A stretch of DNA of 64,000 nucleotides from Macrostomum lignano (Eukaryota). The position numbers and the translations under genes are program-made. Every line of letters begins with the position of its first letter. Position 1 is the stretch's first letter. Shown in pieces: positions 13,395-27,900 of this stretch. Under the pieces are notes generated by a model. The model made no database searches. It saw nothing but the letters and a program-made list of their open reading frames with translations, and was not told the origin of the DNA. The DNA is taken from NCBI GenBank assembly GCA_002269645.1, contig NIVC01000923.1:10180-74179 (forward strand), given 5' to 3'.

Positions 13395-13840
13395 AGAATG
13401 CAATGGAAGAGTGGAATGTTGGCTGCAATCCAGCTGAAGAGTGCAATGGAAGAGTGGAATGTTGGCTGCAATCCAGCTGAAGAGTGCAATGGAAGAGTGG
13501 AATGTTGGCTGCAATCCAGCTGAAGAATGCAATGGAAGAGTGGAATGTTGGCTGCAATCCAGCTGAAGAGTGCAATGGAAGAGTGGAATGTTGGCTGCAA
13601 TCCAGCTGAAGAATGCAATGGAAGAGTGGAATGTTGGTTGCAATCCAGCTGAAGAGTGCAATGGAAGAGTGGAATGTTGGTTGCAATCCAGCTGAAGAGT
13701 GCAATGGAATAGTGGAATGTTGGCTGCAATCCAGCTGAAGAGTGCAATGGAAGAGTGGAATGTTGGCTGCAATCCAGCTGAAGAATGCAATGGAAGAGTG
13801 GAATGTTGGTTGCAATCCAGCTGAAGAATGCAATGGAAGA
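13395..13840. repeat. 43-bp minisatellite (gcaatggaagagtggaatgttggctgcaatccagctgaagagt)
   Basis: About 10 near-perfect units, about 100 nt upstream of the GPCR first coding exon acceptor. Confidence 0.95.
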
Positions 13841-16108
13841 TAACGATATACGATATACAAATCCCATTGACTGAGGAATCCCAAGATCCCAATCGGAGCC
13901 TTGCAAGTGACTCGCTGCGCTTGGAAAAAGAAATGGTTATTTTGAAACGAGCCAGTTGTTTATATTGAATTTCCCGTTCTATTCTAGAAAAGAAACGCAC
14001 ACTTGTCATGGCTGACTGCGCAAAACTATAATTCGAAAGCGTTATACGCTGCCAACAGGTAAACCTAGATATTGCCTTTTTGGAAAGAAGATTTTCTTTG
14101 CACTCCCCACTTCTGGAGCACCGCGGAGGTCATGGTAGCTCGTAGCTCGTAAGTTCCGCAGCCGAAGCGAAAAAAGTCGGAGCCGGTTTCCCAGAAAGGG
14201 CTTAAGTTTTAGCTATGCTTATTGCTACGTAACATAAAGTCTAGAAATAATATAGAATGACTACAGAAACATTAAAAATGATGGTAGCTAGATTTTCCTG
14301 TCAAAATACAACGCGTACGGAGCGAACATTTCATGTGGCTGCATCTCCTACGCCTAGCATCTTGTTTTTATGCTTTTATGACTGGATCGCATTGATTCCA
14401 TTATGGCAACAAAAAACAATATTTTTCAACTCCCAAATATCTTCCTGTTTTGCGACAATTTTTACTGCAAAGATAGACAGCTTTTGTCATGACAAGTTGT
14501 ATGCGATGCTTTGAAAGCGAAGCAAATCCCACAAAATCCGAATGTCATGAATGTCTCGATAAAATTTGATTTCAGCTATATAAGAAGTATGTTGGAGACT
14601 AAAGCTACGGATTCGCAATCGCAAGTCCACCTGCACTCTTAGCGTAGAGAGCCCCATAATGCTCCATAATAAGTAATACACTCGTAGAGAGCCCCTGTAC
14701 AACAATCCCACGAAGTCAACAGACGCTTTCTACATCCTGTGCTGTCGATGGCAAAAAACTACTTTTACATTACGCCGATGTTCAGCCGACGCAGGTAAAA
14801 ATATCTAAGACGGCAAATAACAAATAATGTTCAAAGTAAGTATGAGCGTAAAAAAATACGAAAGATTGCACTTCGACATTATCTTGTGTAATGTAAAGAT
14901 AGTTATTTGCCATAGACTTTGGTCACATTGGTTGCTGGTTCCGGAATGTTGTCTAGTCGAAAACCAAATTAAACACGGCGGCACACGTAGAAAGCCTCAA
15001 AAAATTAAAATCAAAGACAACCAGCTTTCAACTGCTTAAAGTCATGTCGCTGTAAGAGCCAATACTTAATCCAAAATATAAAAAATAAGCGTGTCAGTTT
15101 CTTCTTTGTTTCTACTTACGTCCTAGCTTATATAGTACTATAGCTATTATACAATTATTCGCCTCATGTCCGTCATTTACAAACGACGACAGCCTTAAAC
15201 AGCTTAGTGGTGACGGCAAAAAAACTAAAGAAAATCGCACAATTCACAAATAGCTTCAAGGTGCGACGGTGGATAGGTTAAATCTCATGGGTACCCGTGG
15301 TGGTTAGTCAAAGGTCAGTCAGAGAGGCTTGCAGACAGAAAGTGACAAAAACCTTTTTTTCAGCGTCGATCCAGGTGGAAAAATCGTATTGACTGCTAAG
15401 GCAGGGAAAATTTTTGGCGAAAAAATGCAACCTTTTTTCCACCTGCCAAATCGACTTTTCGCAGTTTAGAAAGTTAAGCCGAAGCTGTAAATGTTTGTGG
15501 TGTATATTAATGGCAAATAGTGTATTCACGTTTTAAAGATTTAAGCTTATAACTATACTGTACGAGCCTCGTACAAAGCAGTACATTGCTGAAGAATAAC
15601 ACTTATAAAAGTAGAGGAGGTACGCACAAACAAGATCAAATAAGAATAGATCCTTGATGTCTTTTCCGTTCTGTTTACTCAAGATTGATGATTAATTAAG
15701 CCTCGACCCTTTACTGACTTATCTTCTGCTTCCGCTCCTGTCTCTGCTTCCGTAAGCGGAACAGTTGCTAATCGAAATTTGAGACCGAAAATGAGCAAGC
15801 TGACAAAACAGCCTTTACTATTGAAAGAAATTGCATTTCATAAGCCACTTTATATGCTAATTTTAAATCAAATAATGCTCTCATCTTTATATATCCTTAA
15901 CCTTAATCACTCTTTCCGATCCAGATGCTATTACCCTTAACAATCCCTGGTCTAACCGGAATCGCAGAGCCCAGGGCCAAGGACTACAGGAGAAAGTAAA
16001 ATCGCTTGGGATGGATCAAAGAGACACTCGGAACGTTAGGCAGGGGCCTCGCCACATCCGATGTGTGGCGCCCTCTTGCAGTCGCACTGGAGCACTTTGG
16101 CGCTAGAG

Positions 16109-16258
16109 CCCACTCAAATGAAATGGCGCCCCACTCAAATGAAATGGCGCCCCACTCAAATGAAATGGCGCCCCACTCAAATGAAATGGCGCCCCACTCA
16201 AATGAAATAGCGCCCCACTCAAATGAAATGGCGCCCCACTCAAATGAACTGGCGCCCC
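16109..16258. repeat. 21-bp minisatellite (cccactcaaatgaaatggcgc)
   Basis: 7 units. Confidence 0.92.
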
Positions 16259-17984
16259 TAAAATAATAATAAACTCACTCAAATATTACAGCATGCTAGC
16301 ATACTCGCTGCATAAGCGCCTAGTAGATTTCTATCTCGCGATTGTATTCGAGAAGCAAAGCTGGTTCATTAAATCTGCATAATAATCGTGAGAATGCGTC
16401 CTCTAACAGCCCCCTGTGGTCCATGTTTATTTGCCCATTCTCACAAAAATGAAAGTACTTTAGAAAGTTTCGTTGTGTCCGTGCTCAGGATAGAATTCAA
16501 ATGTGCTGCTAACAAAATCACACATGGTCGCTCCGGCCACCTCATGCGATGCGCCATGGCAGCGATCGGATGTCCCTAGAGGCATTCATCACCTGATCCC
16601 GGATGCGGCGCTTTCGCTCCGCCTATTATCGACCAATCTGGTGATGAAACCCAAGGCTGAGGAGAGAACTTTCCTGTTTAGCCCATAAGCCTTTGTTCAG
16701 TTTTGATTCTGGGCCTACGGGTCCGGCATCAAGTGCCCTGCCTGTTTGTTGCTTCTACCAACGGGCCGGAGCCACAGAAACCACACAGTCAAGAAATTTG
16801 TATATTGCATTTTTTATCATTCCATTCAATCCCACAAATCTGCGTCTGACCCTCTGAAATCAGCTGCTGGTCCCCGGGTATCATCTATCAACTGGATATC
16901 TCTGCAGAGTAGAACTGAAAGCCTGCTATTATAAACACCGATAGCACTATGGTCGGCTTTTTCAGCTGCTTTTGTTTGAAGCAAATCAGTTAGGTAAGTG
17001 AACTAAGGGGGTGGGGGGCCTATGGAGATAGTGTAACAATTGCAACAGCGCCATCTCTTGCAAATGTCACTCAATTTCCAACCGCGCCCCGCCAGCAATC
17101 AGTCAGGGTCTGTGGCAGGGATAAACAGAGGCAGAGTCTTCCTCTCCCAGACACCCGGCTTCCAATAATTCACTGCCGGGCCCGGCCGAAGAGCATCGCG
17201 ACTGACCAGTTCGCCCGATTCGGTGCCCGAAAAAAAACCGACAGCAATTAACAGACGTTTGAAAGGTGGGAAATTTTGGATCACAGAATTTATACTGAAG
17301 GAGAAATTACTGGGCTATAATCCTTTTACCACCTTCAGCCGCAGCAGAGCCTTGTAGGAGCCTCTGCTTCTGCCTTGTATTGCAATAGGAATTCGCCTAA
17401 AACACACTATTGTTCCGATTTATCCAAGCGATGCCTAAAAGCAGAAATCTCTCCCCCAACAAGCCTTGAGCAGCTACTCACCCCCTTCTCCATCTCCTGT
17501 CTCGGGAATGCGTTTAGACCCCCTAGCACTGCTTCATGGCGTCCATTGTCCTACGCTGTCTCCAAACGAAATTGTTTTCAAAGAAGAAATATTCTTTTTG
17601 AGTACGAGTATCTCACTTTCTGTCCCCTCGTGTGCATTCGGGTGTAAATTCAGATTCAGGATCACGAATTGACGGGAGAAGAAAGCGACTCTGGATTATT
17701 ATTAGTAAGCTGCAGGTGAGACCAAAACAATAGAACGTATTTGATATGCGCTATTGATCAAATTAACTGGAATCAAGAGTCACTTGCTCTAAAATGCTCT
17801 AAGTGGGCCTGTCTGCGAGCGAGACTGAGCGCTTGTGCTCAATGCAATCCAGGGCAAATAGTTAGCTGCAGAGAAGTTCAACGACTCTTGCGCTAAAGTC
17901 AGCGGGTGCATTTCTCACCTATGAGGAGTGCACCTGCGTACTTTATCTGTGTCCGTATGCGCGCTGAGGGTCAGATGAAATTTA

Positions 17985-18226
17985 GGGGCTTGCAGTGGTT
18001 AGAGCGTCGGACTCGTGACTTGAAGGTCGAGGGATCGATTCTCGACACACTGGGAACAATTTGTATCCTTGAGCAAGGCACTTAACTCTGCATTGCTTCA
18101 GTCCACCCGGCTGTAAAATGCAGGTGCCAGCATCAGCTGGGGCAATTGAGGGTGTGTGGCGACTTCGCCAAGAACCGGGGCAGCCTTCAGAGGGCAGGGC
18201 AGGTGTAATCAATGATTATAATTATC
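17985..18226 (+). mobile_element. tRNA-derived SINE with CORE-like central domain, copy 1
   Basis: tRNA-like head with A box (agtggttagagc) and B box (gggatcgattc), then tccttgagcaaggcacttaac...cttcagt...ctgtaaaatg; homologous to copy 2 at 36793-37066. Confidence 0.8.
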
Positions 18227-18710
18227 AGAGGTCAAAAGAAATCCTTCAGAAAACAACCAAAGAGCCAATGTTTTACAGAGAAGCAAATAGAAAAGAATTT
18301 TCTCTAATTCGATGTCCAGAAAATATTTTGTCGCTATTATTTATGCAGCGAAAAATTGATCACTGACCTTGGGTTGAAGCTCAGCAGTTGTAGGCGATAG
18401 AAATACTCAAAGGCCTTTGAAAAATGGACTACGATAGGCAACAATAATTGAAATAGCAAATTATATTTTTGCCTGCTTTTGCTTTCAAAGAGGGATTTTG
18501 CCTAGAAAGCAGGTCAGCTTTCCACCAAACCATTTTAAGCTGCCTGCCCCTGCCCTGTGCCTACAGGCTGAACACACTCGATTGGCTTTGGCCTCTGGGG
18601 TGTCGGGGAGAGGGGGCCGCCAATGCTGGACTGCTGCAGAGCGAGGTGAGACTGCGAGGGTCGACACTTTTTGAAGGTGAGACTTGATGGCGAGACTGGT
18701 ATAATAAGAC

Positions 18711-19421
18711 CTCAAGGTTGAGACTTTGGTAGTAAGACTTTGAGGCTGAGACTTTGGTAGTAAGACTTTGAGGCTGAGACTTTGGTAGTAAGACTTTGAG
18801 GTTAAGACTTTGGTAGTAAGACTTTGAGGTTAAGACTTTGGTAGTATGACTTTGAGGCTGAGACTTTGGTAGTATGACTTTGAGGCTGAGACTTTGGTAG
18901 TATGACTTTGAGGTTGAGACTTTGGTAGTAAGACTTTGAGGTTAAGACTTTGGTAGTAAGACTTTGAGGTTAAGACTTTGGTAGTAAGACTTTGAGGTTG
19001 AGACTGTGGTAGTATGACTTTGAGGTTGAGACTGTGGTAGTATGACTTTGAGGTTGAGACTTTGGTAGTAAGACTTTGAGGTTGAGACTTTGGCAGTAAG
19101 ACCTTAAGGTTGAGACTTTGGTAGTATGACTTTGAGGCTGAGACTTTGGTAGTATGACTTTGAGGCTGAGACTTTAGTAGTATGACTTTGAGGTTGAGAC
19201 TTTGGTAGTAAGACTTTGAGGTTAAGACTTTGGTAGTAAGACTTTGAGGTTGAGACTGTGGTAGTATGACTTTGAGGTTGAGACTGTGGTAGTATGACTT
19301 TGAGGTTGAGACTGGTAGTATGACTTTGAGGTTGAGACTGTGGTAGTATGACTTTGAGGTTGAGACTGGTAGTATGACTTTGAGGTTGAGACTGTGGTAG
19401 TATGACTTTGAGGTTGAGACT
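18711..19421. repeat. 28-bp minisatellite (gagactttggtagtaagactttgaggtt)
   Basis: About 25 units with a few substitution and deletion variants. Confidence 0.95.
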
Positions 19422-20874
19422 TCAATGTTGAAGGCATTTGACGAGGAGACTTCGAAGGGGAGACCTGTAAGACTGTGGGGGCTTCTTGAGACTTTAAAGA
19501 CTCTTAGGGATGAGACCTCAAGGGGGGTTGACATGAGCAAGACAGTGAGTCATTCTGCAGTCGCTTCATCAGTTTAATCAAAGTTAACATTCAAACGAGG
19601 CTCGATCTGCAGGACATCGAGTGGATGGTTCAGGCAGAACATTCTGACCTGTGCTTGGTTAAAGTTAGTCCTGCATGCAAAGAAAGCGAAAGTTAATGAT
19701 GAAATAAATTTTCGAGTGTTCTGAGGGAAACGTATTGCTCAATTACGTGGCCAGGAGTGGTAAAGCAATTAGCATTCTTTGGCCTGATTTGCGGCCCCAG
19801 CGCAAGGAATCCTATAGTCATTAGGATTTGTCGTTATCTCATCAAAAAGATTTCTGTTGAGTTCCTAACCTTAGGGTCCTGTCTCCCTTGTTAGGGATTC
19901 TTCCCGATGCCCCAATAAAGAATTGCACCGCGCCCAGCAGCCAACCCAAGGAGGCCGAGAGACAGGAACTGGAGTCACAACGTCTCCCAACCCCTCCCCT
20001 TTTCAGACGACTGTAGGCTGACTGCTGTTCTTTAGTTTACACACTAAAACGATCACAACATCTGTCTGCCTAATCTGTAGGCCTATAGCTACAGATTTTC
20101 TGTCTGCCCTGGGCTTACTACGCAGCCTACAGTGTTGTCTATGGCCGATGGCGAAGGCAACGAAGGGAAAAGTACAACGACAATCAAGCTTATAGTAACT
20201 GCTACAGGCCTTTTGAGCCGACGAGAATGCGTCGGAATCGTCCACCATCCTGACACCGCTTGTCATCTGATGCACCCTGACCGCATGGCTTTTCTCTTCT
20301 TGGTTGCACGTCTTCTGATGTCAGCCTACGTTGCCTAAAGATGATTTGGTTTGTGGGAGACCCGCAAGCGATCCAGCATCCCGTTCCAGACCTTCTTGTG
20401 TAAAGCTACCGGGCATAAATTTATCCTTTCATCAATGTTAACTTTTGCGCGTGCCAAGGTAATTTACATCCCCGGCCAATGCAGTTCCTAGATGAAAAGC
20501 TGAAATACCGAATATGATTTTATCTGGCCATACATTCGGCCATTGTTGATTTCTTTATGGCTCCTGACTAGTGTGGTAGCAGGTTGGTGGCTTATTAGCA
20601 ATAGTGCCAGAAAATATATCATCAAGAATTTGTTTAAGTACGTCGCGGGGCGCAATATATTACCACTGCGCAGTTCTTATCTTGCACTGTCTATACCTGT
20701 ATTTTGGCGTTCAAAGAGCTGTCTGCGCGGCACTTCAAAAATTTGAGAAAAAATATGCAGAGAGATTTAACGCGAAATTCCAGAGTCGCTGCGTCGTCTG
20801 ACTCGGGGCTTGCATGATTTCATAGTCAATACTGCATTTTATGTGCCATTTTGTCCTGCGTTGGTATGAATATT

Positions 20875-21415
20875 GTTTACACAGAGACAGACACGATTAC
20901 ACAGAAACAGAAATGACTGCACAGAGAGAGCTGACTACACAGACAGACATGACTACACAGACAGACATGACTACACAGACAGACATGACTACACAGACAG
21001 ACATGATTACACAGAAACAGAAATGACTGCACAGACAGACATGACTGCACAGACAGACATGACTACACAGACAGACATGACTACACAGACAGACATGACT
21101 ACACAGACAGACATGACTACACAGACAGACATGACTACACAGACAGACATGACTACACAGACAGACATGACTACACAGACAGACATGATTACACAGAAAC
21201 AGAAATGACTGCACAGACAGACATGACTACACAGACAGACATGACTACACAGACAGACATGACTACACAGACAGACATGATTTCACAGACAGACATGATT
21301 TCACAGACGCAGGCATTATTACACAGACGCAGACATTATTACACAGACGCAGACATTATTACACAGACGCAGACATTATTACACAGACGCAGACATTATT
21401 ACACAGACGCATTAC
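20875..21415. repeat. Compound minisatellite: 18-bp (acacagacagacatgact) grading into 20-bp (acacagacgcagacattatt)
   Basis: Direct reading; both units share the acacagac core. Confidence 0.93.
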
Positions 21416-21772
21416 TACAAGCGGACACGGTTCAACGAAAGTGCTGGGAAATTTTCCTGTCCAACGAAGCCAAGTTTGTCACTCGAACGCGACATCAGTG
21501 AAACTAGCCCTTGTACTTTAATTTTCGTTTAAATTTTCGAGGGGTAAGTTGCAACATCCATGGTGAAGGCCGGCTGTCGGGTGTGTACACTGACGGCATT
21601 AAATTTCAAGCTGGCCGCCAAATATCGAAAAGGATTGAGATTTTAAAGTAGGCTTCCAATTGCGACTATTAAAGTGCATAAACCTTGGACACGGTATTGA
21701 AGTCAAATGCAGTTAACTTCAGATTCTCTGCTATAAAACGTTGGATAGAAAAAGTCCAATATTTATTGCTAA

Positions 21773-22115
21773 TACAGAGATTAGTGACACGAAATTACAG
21801 AAATTAGTGACACAAAATTACAGAAATTAGTGACACAAAATTACAGAAATTAGTGACACGAAATTACAGAAATTAGTGACACAAAATTACAGAAATTAGT
21901 GACACGAAATTACAGAAATTAGTGACACAAAATTACAGAAATTAGTGACACGAAATTACAGAAATTAGTGACACAAAATTACAGAAATTAGTGACGCCAA
22001 AGTACAGAAATTAGGGACACCAAAGTACAGAAATTAGGGACACCAAAGTACAGAAATTAGGGACACCAAAGTACAGAAATTAGGGACACCAAATTACAGA
22101 AATTAGTGACGCCAA
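21773..22115. repeat. 23-bp minisatellite (acagaaattagtgacacaaaatt)
   Basis: About 15 units with alternating a/g variants. Confidence 0.93.
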
Positions 22116-22919
22116 AAATGTCACGTTAATATTGCTTAGCAACTTTTACCCCACAGTCAGGCAGTTAAACATTTCTTCAGCCTTAAACTCTGCGTCGACA
22201 TATCCAGAATCTGGCACAAAATCCTTCATGCCTCCTCGTTATCCCTGGTCGCTTTCGGGAGTTAATTTGGTCCTCTATTTCCGACGAGCCAATCACGGGG
22301 GGGGGGATTTACTGATCTGGCGTCTCTCAGATCCTGCATGCCTGGCCTACACTATTGTGGGTGCTGGAGAAGTATTAGGTAGGCAAAATGACCAAAAGGC
22401 TACCGGCAATTATCTATCTTGTAGGTATACTGTATATTTTATAGCATTAGATTGGGCGCATATGATCTCGAGAAGCTGGGGCAGTTGGGGCAGAAATAAA
22501 ATACGGGTTTCAATTTCGCAGCTGACCCTACACGCGTTCAAGGGTCTGACGTTCTGGTCCTCGGGTTTTACTCAATCTGCCCGAGTCCCAGTGTGGGGCG
22601 GTTGCAGAATTAATAATCAAATCTGAGGGGCCAGGCCCGGCTAGAGGCGCCCCGATCCGAGCCAACTGCGAACCAAATCGGACCAAAAATAATTGAAAGA
22701 GAGGAAAGTTTATTTTTGAGAAGGCCGCGTGCTCAGGAACTGATAAAGAAACGCGTTCAATATTTGCCCAAGTCCCATTCAACTATTGCTTGAGCGTCAC
22801 ATTTTCTTTGCCTGCGTGTTTCTTTTTACGAAAACTACATGGCCGAGAATCTACCGTCTAAAGAATTTTTTATATTAACTATCTATCTATCTACTATCAA
22901 AGGATTCTTACTTTGAAAA

Positions 22920-23618
22920 TTTAGATACAACGATAAAGTGCAAAAAAGTGCCGCTTTGAATGCTTTCACAGTCGACCAATTGTGGAAACAGGTTGGTTGT
23001 CATGCATCTACCGCCGCACATCAATTCCAATGCTCCGACGACTTGTCAATACATTTTTACGATACACAGAATTTCAATATTGCGTCGAGAGGGACTTCAG
23101 TTAAACAACAGCTGGTGCGACTGTTTTTTGACAATAAAGCCGAAACGGAGCGGAGAGGAGTGCTGCTACATGGATGACTATACTCCATCAAACTGTTGGG
23201 AGGAGCGGCGTTCAATGCGCCACTCTCTCACCTAGAGTTAAAACTGTCTCTTGCAAGGTTCCACTTCTGATTGCAACCCCGGGTGGAGATGTTGGTGGAT
23301 GATATATAGAGAGGCCAAAAGTGCTGCTGCTGTTACTGTTGCTAATCCGACGCAAGGAATGCCATCAACATGGCTGCGTTTTGGTGCAAACCGAGCGAGC
23401 GCGTGTGACACTTCGAAATTTCGAAAAAAAATTGCTTGCGCAGAGAGACACTTGCGCAGTTTTTAAGGGGAGGAACGCATTTCATTTTAACCGATTCCAA
23501 CACTTTTTGTAAAAATAATAACAAAATTCTGGACCCCAAATCCCAGGATCGGAACTCTCGGGATTTGGGCCCAGTCCTAGGATTTCGTGATCCCGGGATC
23601 CCGGGATTGGAATCCCTA
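22920..23618 (-). mobile_element. Decayed, internally deleted hAT transposon remnant
   Basis: Right end reads TAGGGATTCCAATCCCGGGATCCCGGGATC on minus (TAGGGAT start as in hAT TIRs). Near 22930-22985 the minus strand gives VDCE(R)AF.AALFCT after a 2-nt deletion, like the hAT dimerisation motif. The partner TIR was not found. Confidence 0.4.
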
Positions 23619-23799
23619 GTTATGAGCAAAGCATATGTATTCTTAGACGACTAGCAGTTCAACTGAGTTCTTAGCACCCGCTTTCTATCTTAGCTGTTCT
23701 GTTATTTTTAACAGATTCTAATAAATTTAATGATTTAATAAAGGGGCCTATCAAAAGCCAAAAGTCCTAAGCTAGATAGAATGGAGTGGTGGCTTTGTG

Positions 23800-24115
23800 T
23801 CTGATAGTCAGAGACGGAATAAGATGGGGTGGTGGGTTTTTGCACGATAGCCAGAAGCGGAATAAGATGGGGTAGTGGGTTTGTGCACGATAGCCAGGGG
23901 TGGCGGGTTGGCGGGTTTGTGCCCGAAAGCCTGAGATAGAAAAACATGGGGTGGCGGGTTTGTGCCCGAAAGCCTGAGATAGAAAAACATGGGGTTGTGG
24001 TTTTGTGCGCAATAGCCAGAGGTAGAAAAACATGGCTGGGGTGATGCGTTCGAGCGCTCGATAGTCAAAAAGCGGAATAAAATGGGGTGGTGGGTTTGTG
24101 CGCGATAGTTAGAAG
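23800..24115. repeat. Degenerate about 42-bp minisatellite (gatagccaga...ggggtggtgggtttgtgc)
   Basis: About 7 diverged units. Confidence 0.8.
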
Positions 24116-24989
24116 CTATCTTTTTCGATATAGCTGTAAATGAAGTAGTGATTATAGTGATTAAACCATTTTAGCTAGCTGTCAGATGATATATTTTTTA
24201 GGATATTGTAGACGACGGTGTGTTTAAGTTCCTAAACGCACTCATTAATATGATAGCTGATCAATTTACAGGCATCTGCGGTTGCCACTAACAAGGGCAG
24301 TCCAGTTTCGAGTCCACTTAATAAGAGAAAGCCAAAGAGCGGAAGCTTATAATTATATATCCTGAAACGACTAATGAACAGATGATTCGGTATCGTAATG
24401 TACTAGACCTGAGCTTATTTGGCTAAACATCTGTCAATGCTCTGCCCCATCTGAATCTGTTTCGCCCTAGAGTATTAATAGGTGTGAGTTTCGTTATTGG
24501 AGCTATAAAATAGAGTTGTTAATGCTTTTAATGATATCAGAGACAAAATTTTCCATTTCGATGAAAGAATACCCATTCTGTTAGGTAAAAATAGTGCTTT
24601 TCCAATATTTGACAAGTTTATTTTGAAATATTTCTAACAAGCATTGATGTTAATCTGTCCACTGAACTGAAAAATATAAGATCCCATACCCTAGAATCAG
24701 TAATCTGACTAAGACCCCATACTTTAGAATCTGTATCTGACTAGGATCATTTACCCACAGTCTTCAATCCAGATTCATATTCCTAGAATAGATTATTCAA
24801 GGACAACTAAAAATTTGCCTATGGCTTGACTCGGGCCAATTCAGACCAGTATGTCTATGGCCAAAACTATCAAAAGAGGGCATTGATAAGCGTCGTTAAC
24901 GCGCAGTATTATTTTAACCGTATCTGCTATAAAGAGCTAAAACATGGTTTGATTTCTTAGAAACATCGCAAACGGTTAAATCCGTCGCC

Positions 24990-27900
24990 ATGACAACAAG
25001 AAAGAATCGATCGGCAGTCATACCGGTCGACGGCGCATCAAAGTCGGCATCAAAGAGGAGTGCCCGGCTACTAGCCACCCGATGCGGCAATCGGATCTAC
25101 TTCACCATCGCGGACATCCCGCCACCAAGTCTGCTGTCGCTGCGACCGCTCCAGCCGAGGCGGTGGAGTCTGAAATCCTTCGACAAGAGCCGGAGTTCGA
25201 ATTCGTTGCAGGGATCGCCACGCAGCGATCGAGCCGAGTCCGAAAAAATTGTCCTGGTGACGGCCAAGCGGTGGACTGTGAGCTGTTTGACCAGCGCCCT
25301 GGCCTCCGCTAGACCCGATAGGTAGGTAGCGGCTTTGGCCATTGAGTAGCGTCTGGATGGAGTGAGAGCGACTGAGATGGAGTGAGAGTGACTGAGATGG
25401 AGTGAGAGTGACTGAGATGGAGTTAGAGTGAATGAGATGGAATGAGAGTGACTGAGATGGAGTGAGAGTGACTGAGATGGAATGAGAGTGACTGAGATGG
25501 AGTGAGAGTGACTGAGTTGGAGCGAGATTGACTGAGATGGAATGAGAGTGACTGAGATGGAGTGAGAGAGATGGAGTGAGAGTGACTGAGATGGAGTGAG
25601 AGAGATGGAGTGAGAGTGACTGAGATGCAGTTAGAGCGACTGAGATGGAGTGAGAGTGACTGAGATGGGTGAGAGTGACTGAGATAGAGCGAGAGTGACT
25701 GAGATAGAGTTAGAGTGAATGAGATGGAGTTAGAGTGACTGAGATGGAGTGAGAGAGATGGAGTGAGAGTGACTGAGATGCAGTTAGAGCGACTGAGATG
25801 GAGTGAGAGTGACTGAGATGGGTGAGAGTGACTGAGATAGAGCGAGAGTGACTGAGATAGAGTTAGAGTGAATGAGATGGAGTTAGAGTGACTGAGATGG
25901 AGTGAGAGTGACTGAGATGGAATGAGAGTGACTGAGATGGAGAGAGAGTGACTGAGTTGGAGCGAGAGTGACTGAGATGGAATGAGAGTGACTGAGATGG
26001 AGTGAGAGAGATGGAGTGAGAGTGACTGAGATGGAGTTAAAGTGAATGAGATGGAGTGAGAGAGATGGAGTTAGAGTGACTGAGATGGAATGAGAGTGAC
26101 TGAGATGGAGTGATAGTGACTGAGATGGAGTGAGAGTGACTGAGATGGAGTGAGAGTGACTGAGATGGAGTGAGAGTGACTGAGATAGAGCTAGAGTGAC
26201 TGAGATAGAGCGAGAGTGACTGAGATGGAGTTAAAGTGAATGAGATGGAGTTAGAGAGATGGAGTTAGAGTGACTGAGATGGAGTGAGAGCGACTGAGAT
26301 GGAGTGAGAGTGACTGAGATGGAGTTAGAGTGACTGAGATACAGCTAGAGTGACTGAGATAGAGCGAGACTGACTGAGATGGAGTTAGAGTGACTGAGAT
26401 GGAATGAGAGTGACTGAGATGGAGTGATAGTGACTGAGATGGAGTGAGAGTGACTGAGATGGAGTGAGAGTGACTGAGATGGAGTGAGAGTGACTGAGAT
26501 AGAGCTAGAGTGACTGAGATAGAGCGAGAGTGACTGAGATGGAGTTAAAGTGAATGAGATGGAGTTAGAGAGATGGAGTTAGAGTGACTGAGATGGAGTG
26601 AGAGCGACTGAGATGGAGTGAGAGTGACTGAGATGGAGTTAGAGTGACTGAGATACAGCTAGAGTGACTGAGATAGAGCGAGACTGACTGAGATGGAGTT
26701 AGAGTGACTGAGATGGAGTGAGAGTGACTGAGATGGAATGAGAGTGACTGAGATGGAGTGAGAGTGACTGAGATGGAGTGAGAGTGACTGAGATGGAGTG
26801 AGAGTGACTGAGATGGAGTGAGAGTGACTGAGATGGAGTGAGAGTGACTGAGATGGAGTGAGAGTGACTGAGATGGGTGAGAGTGACTGAGATGGGTGAG
26901 AGTGACTGAGATGGAGTGAGAGTGACTGAGATGGGTGAGAGTGACTGAGATGGGTGAGAGTGACTGAGATGGAGTGAGAGTGACTGAGATGGAGTGAGAG
27001 TGACTGAGAGGGAGTGAGAGTGACTGAGATGGGTGAGAGTGACTGAGATGGGTGAGAGTGACTGAGATGGAGTGAGAGTGACTGAGATGGAGTGAGAGTG
27101 ACTGAGAGGGAGTGAGAGTGACTGAGATGGGTGAGAGTGACTGAGATGGAGTTAGAGTGACTGAGATGGAGTGAGAGTGACTGAGATGGAATGAGAGTGA
27201 CTGAGATGGAGAGAGAGTGACTGAGTTGGAGCGAGAGTGACTGAGATGGAATGAGAGTGACTGAGATGGAGTGAGAGAGATGGAGTGAGAGTGACTGAGA
27301 TGGAGTTAAAGTGAATGAGATGGAGTGAGAGAGATGGAGTTAGAGTGACTGAGATGGAATGAGAGTGACTGAGATGGAGTGATAGTGACTGAGATGGAGT
27401 GAGAGTGACTGAGATGGAGTGAGAGTGACTGAGATGGAGTGAGAGTGACTGAGATAGAGCTAGAGTGACTGAGATAGAGCGAGAGTGACTGAGATGGAGT
27501 TAAAGTGAATGAGATGGAGTTAGAGAGATGGAGTTAGAGTGACTGAGATGGAGTGAGAGCGACTGAGATGGAGTGAGAGTGACTGAGATGGAGTTAGAGT
27601 GACTGAGATACAGCTAGAGTGACTGAGATAGAGCGAGAGTGACTGAGATGGAGTTAGAGTGACTGAGATGGAGTGAGAGTGACTGAGATGGAATGAGAGT
27701 GACTGAGATGGAGTGAGAGTGACTGAGATGGAGTGAGAGTGACTGAGATGGAGTGAGAGCGACTGAGATGGAGTGAGAGTGACTGAGATGGGTGAGAGTG
27801 ACTGAGATGGGTGAGAGTGACTGAGATGGAGTGAGAGTGACTGAGATGGGTGAGAGTGACTGAGATGGGTGAGAGTGACTGAGATGGAGTGAGAGTGACT

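Noticed and set aside
11156-14700. cgtagagagcccc occurring three times around the first GPCR exon
   Set aside because: Two copies are a local duplication, and 13-mer matches are expected by chance in 64 kb.
17985-18050. Possible tRNA genes at 17985 and 36793
   Set aside because: No intact acceptor stem or oligo-T terminator; both continue into a shared SINE core.
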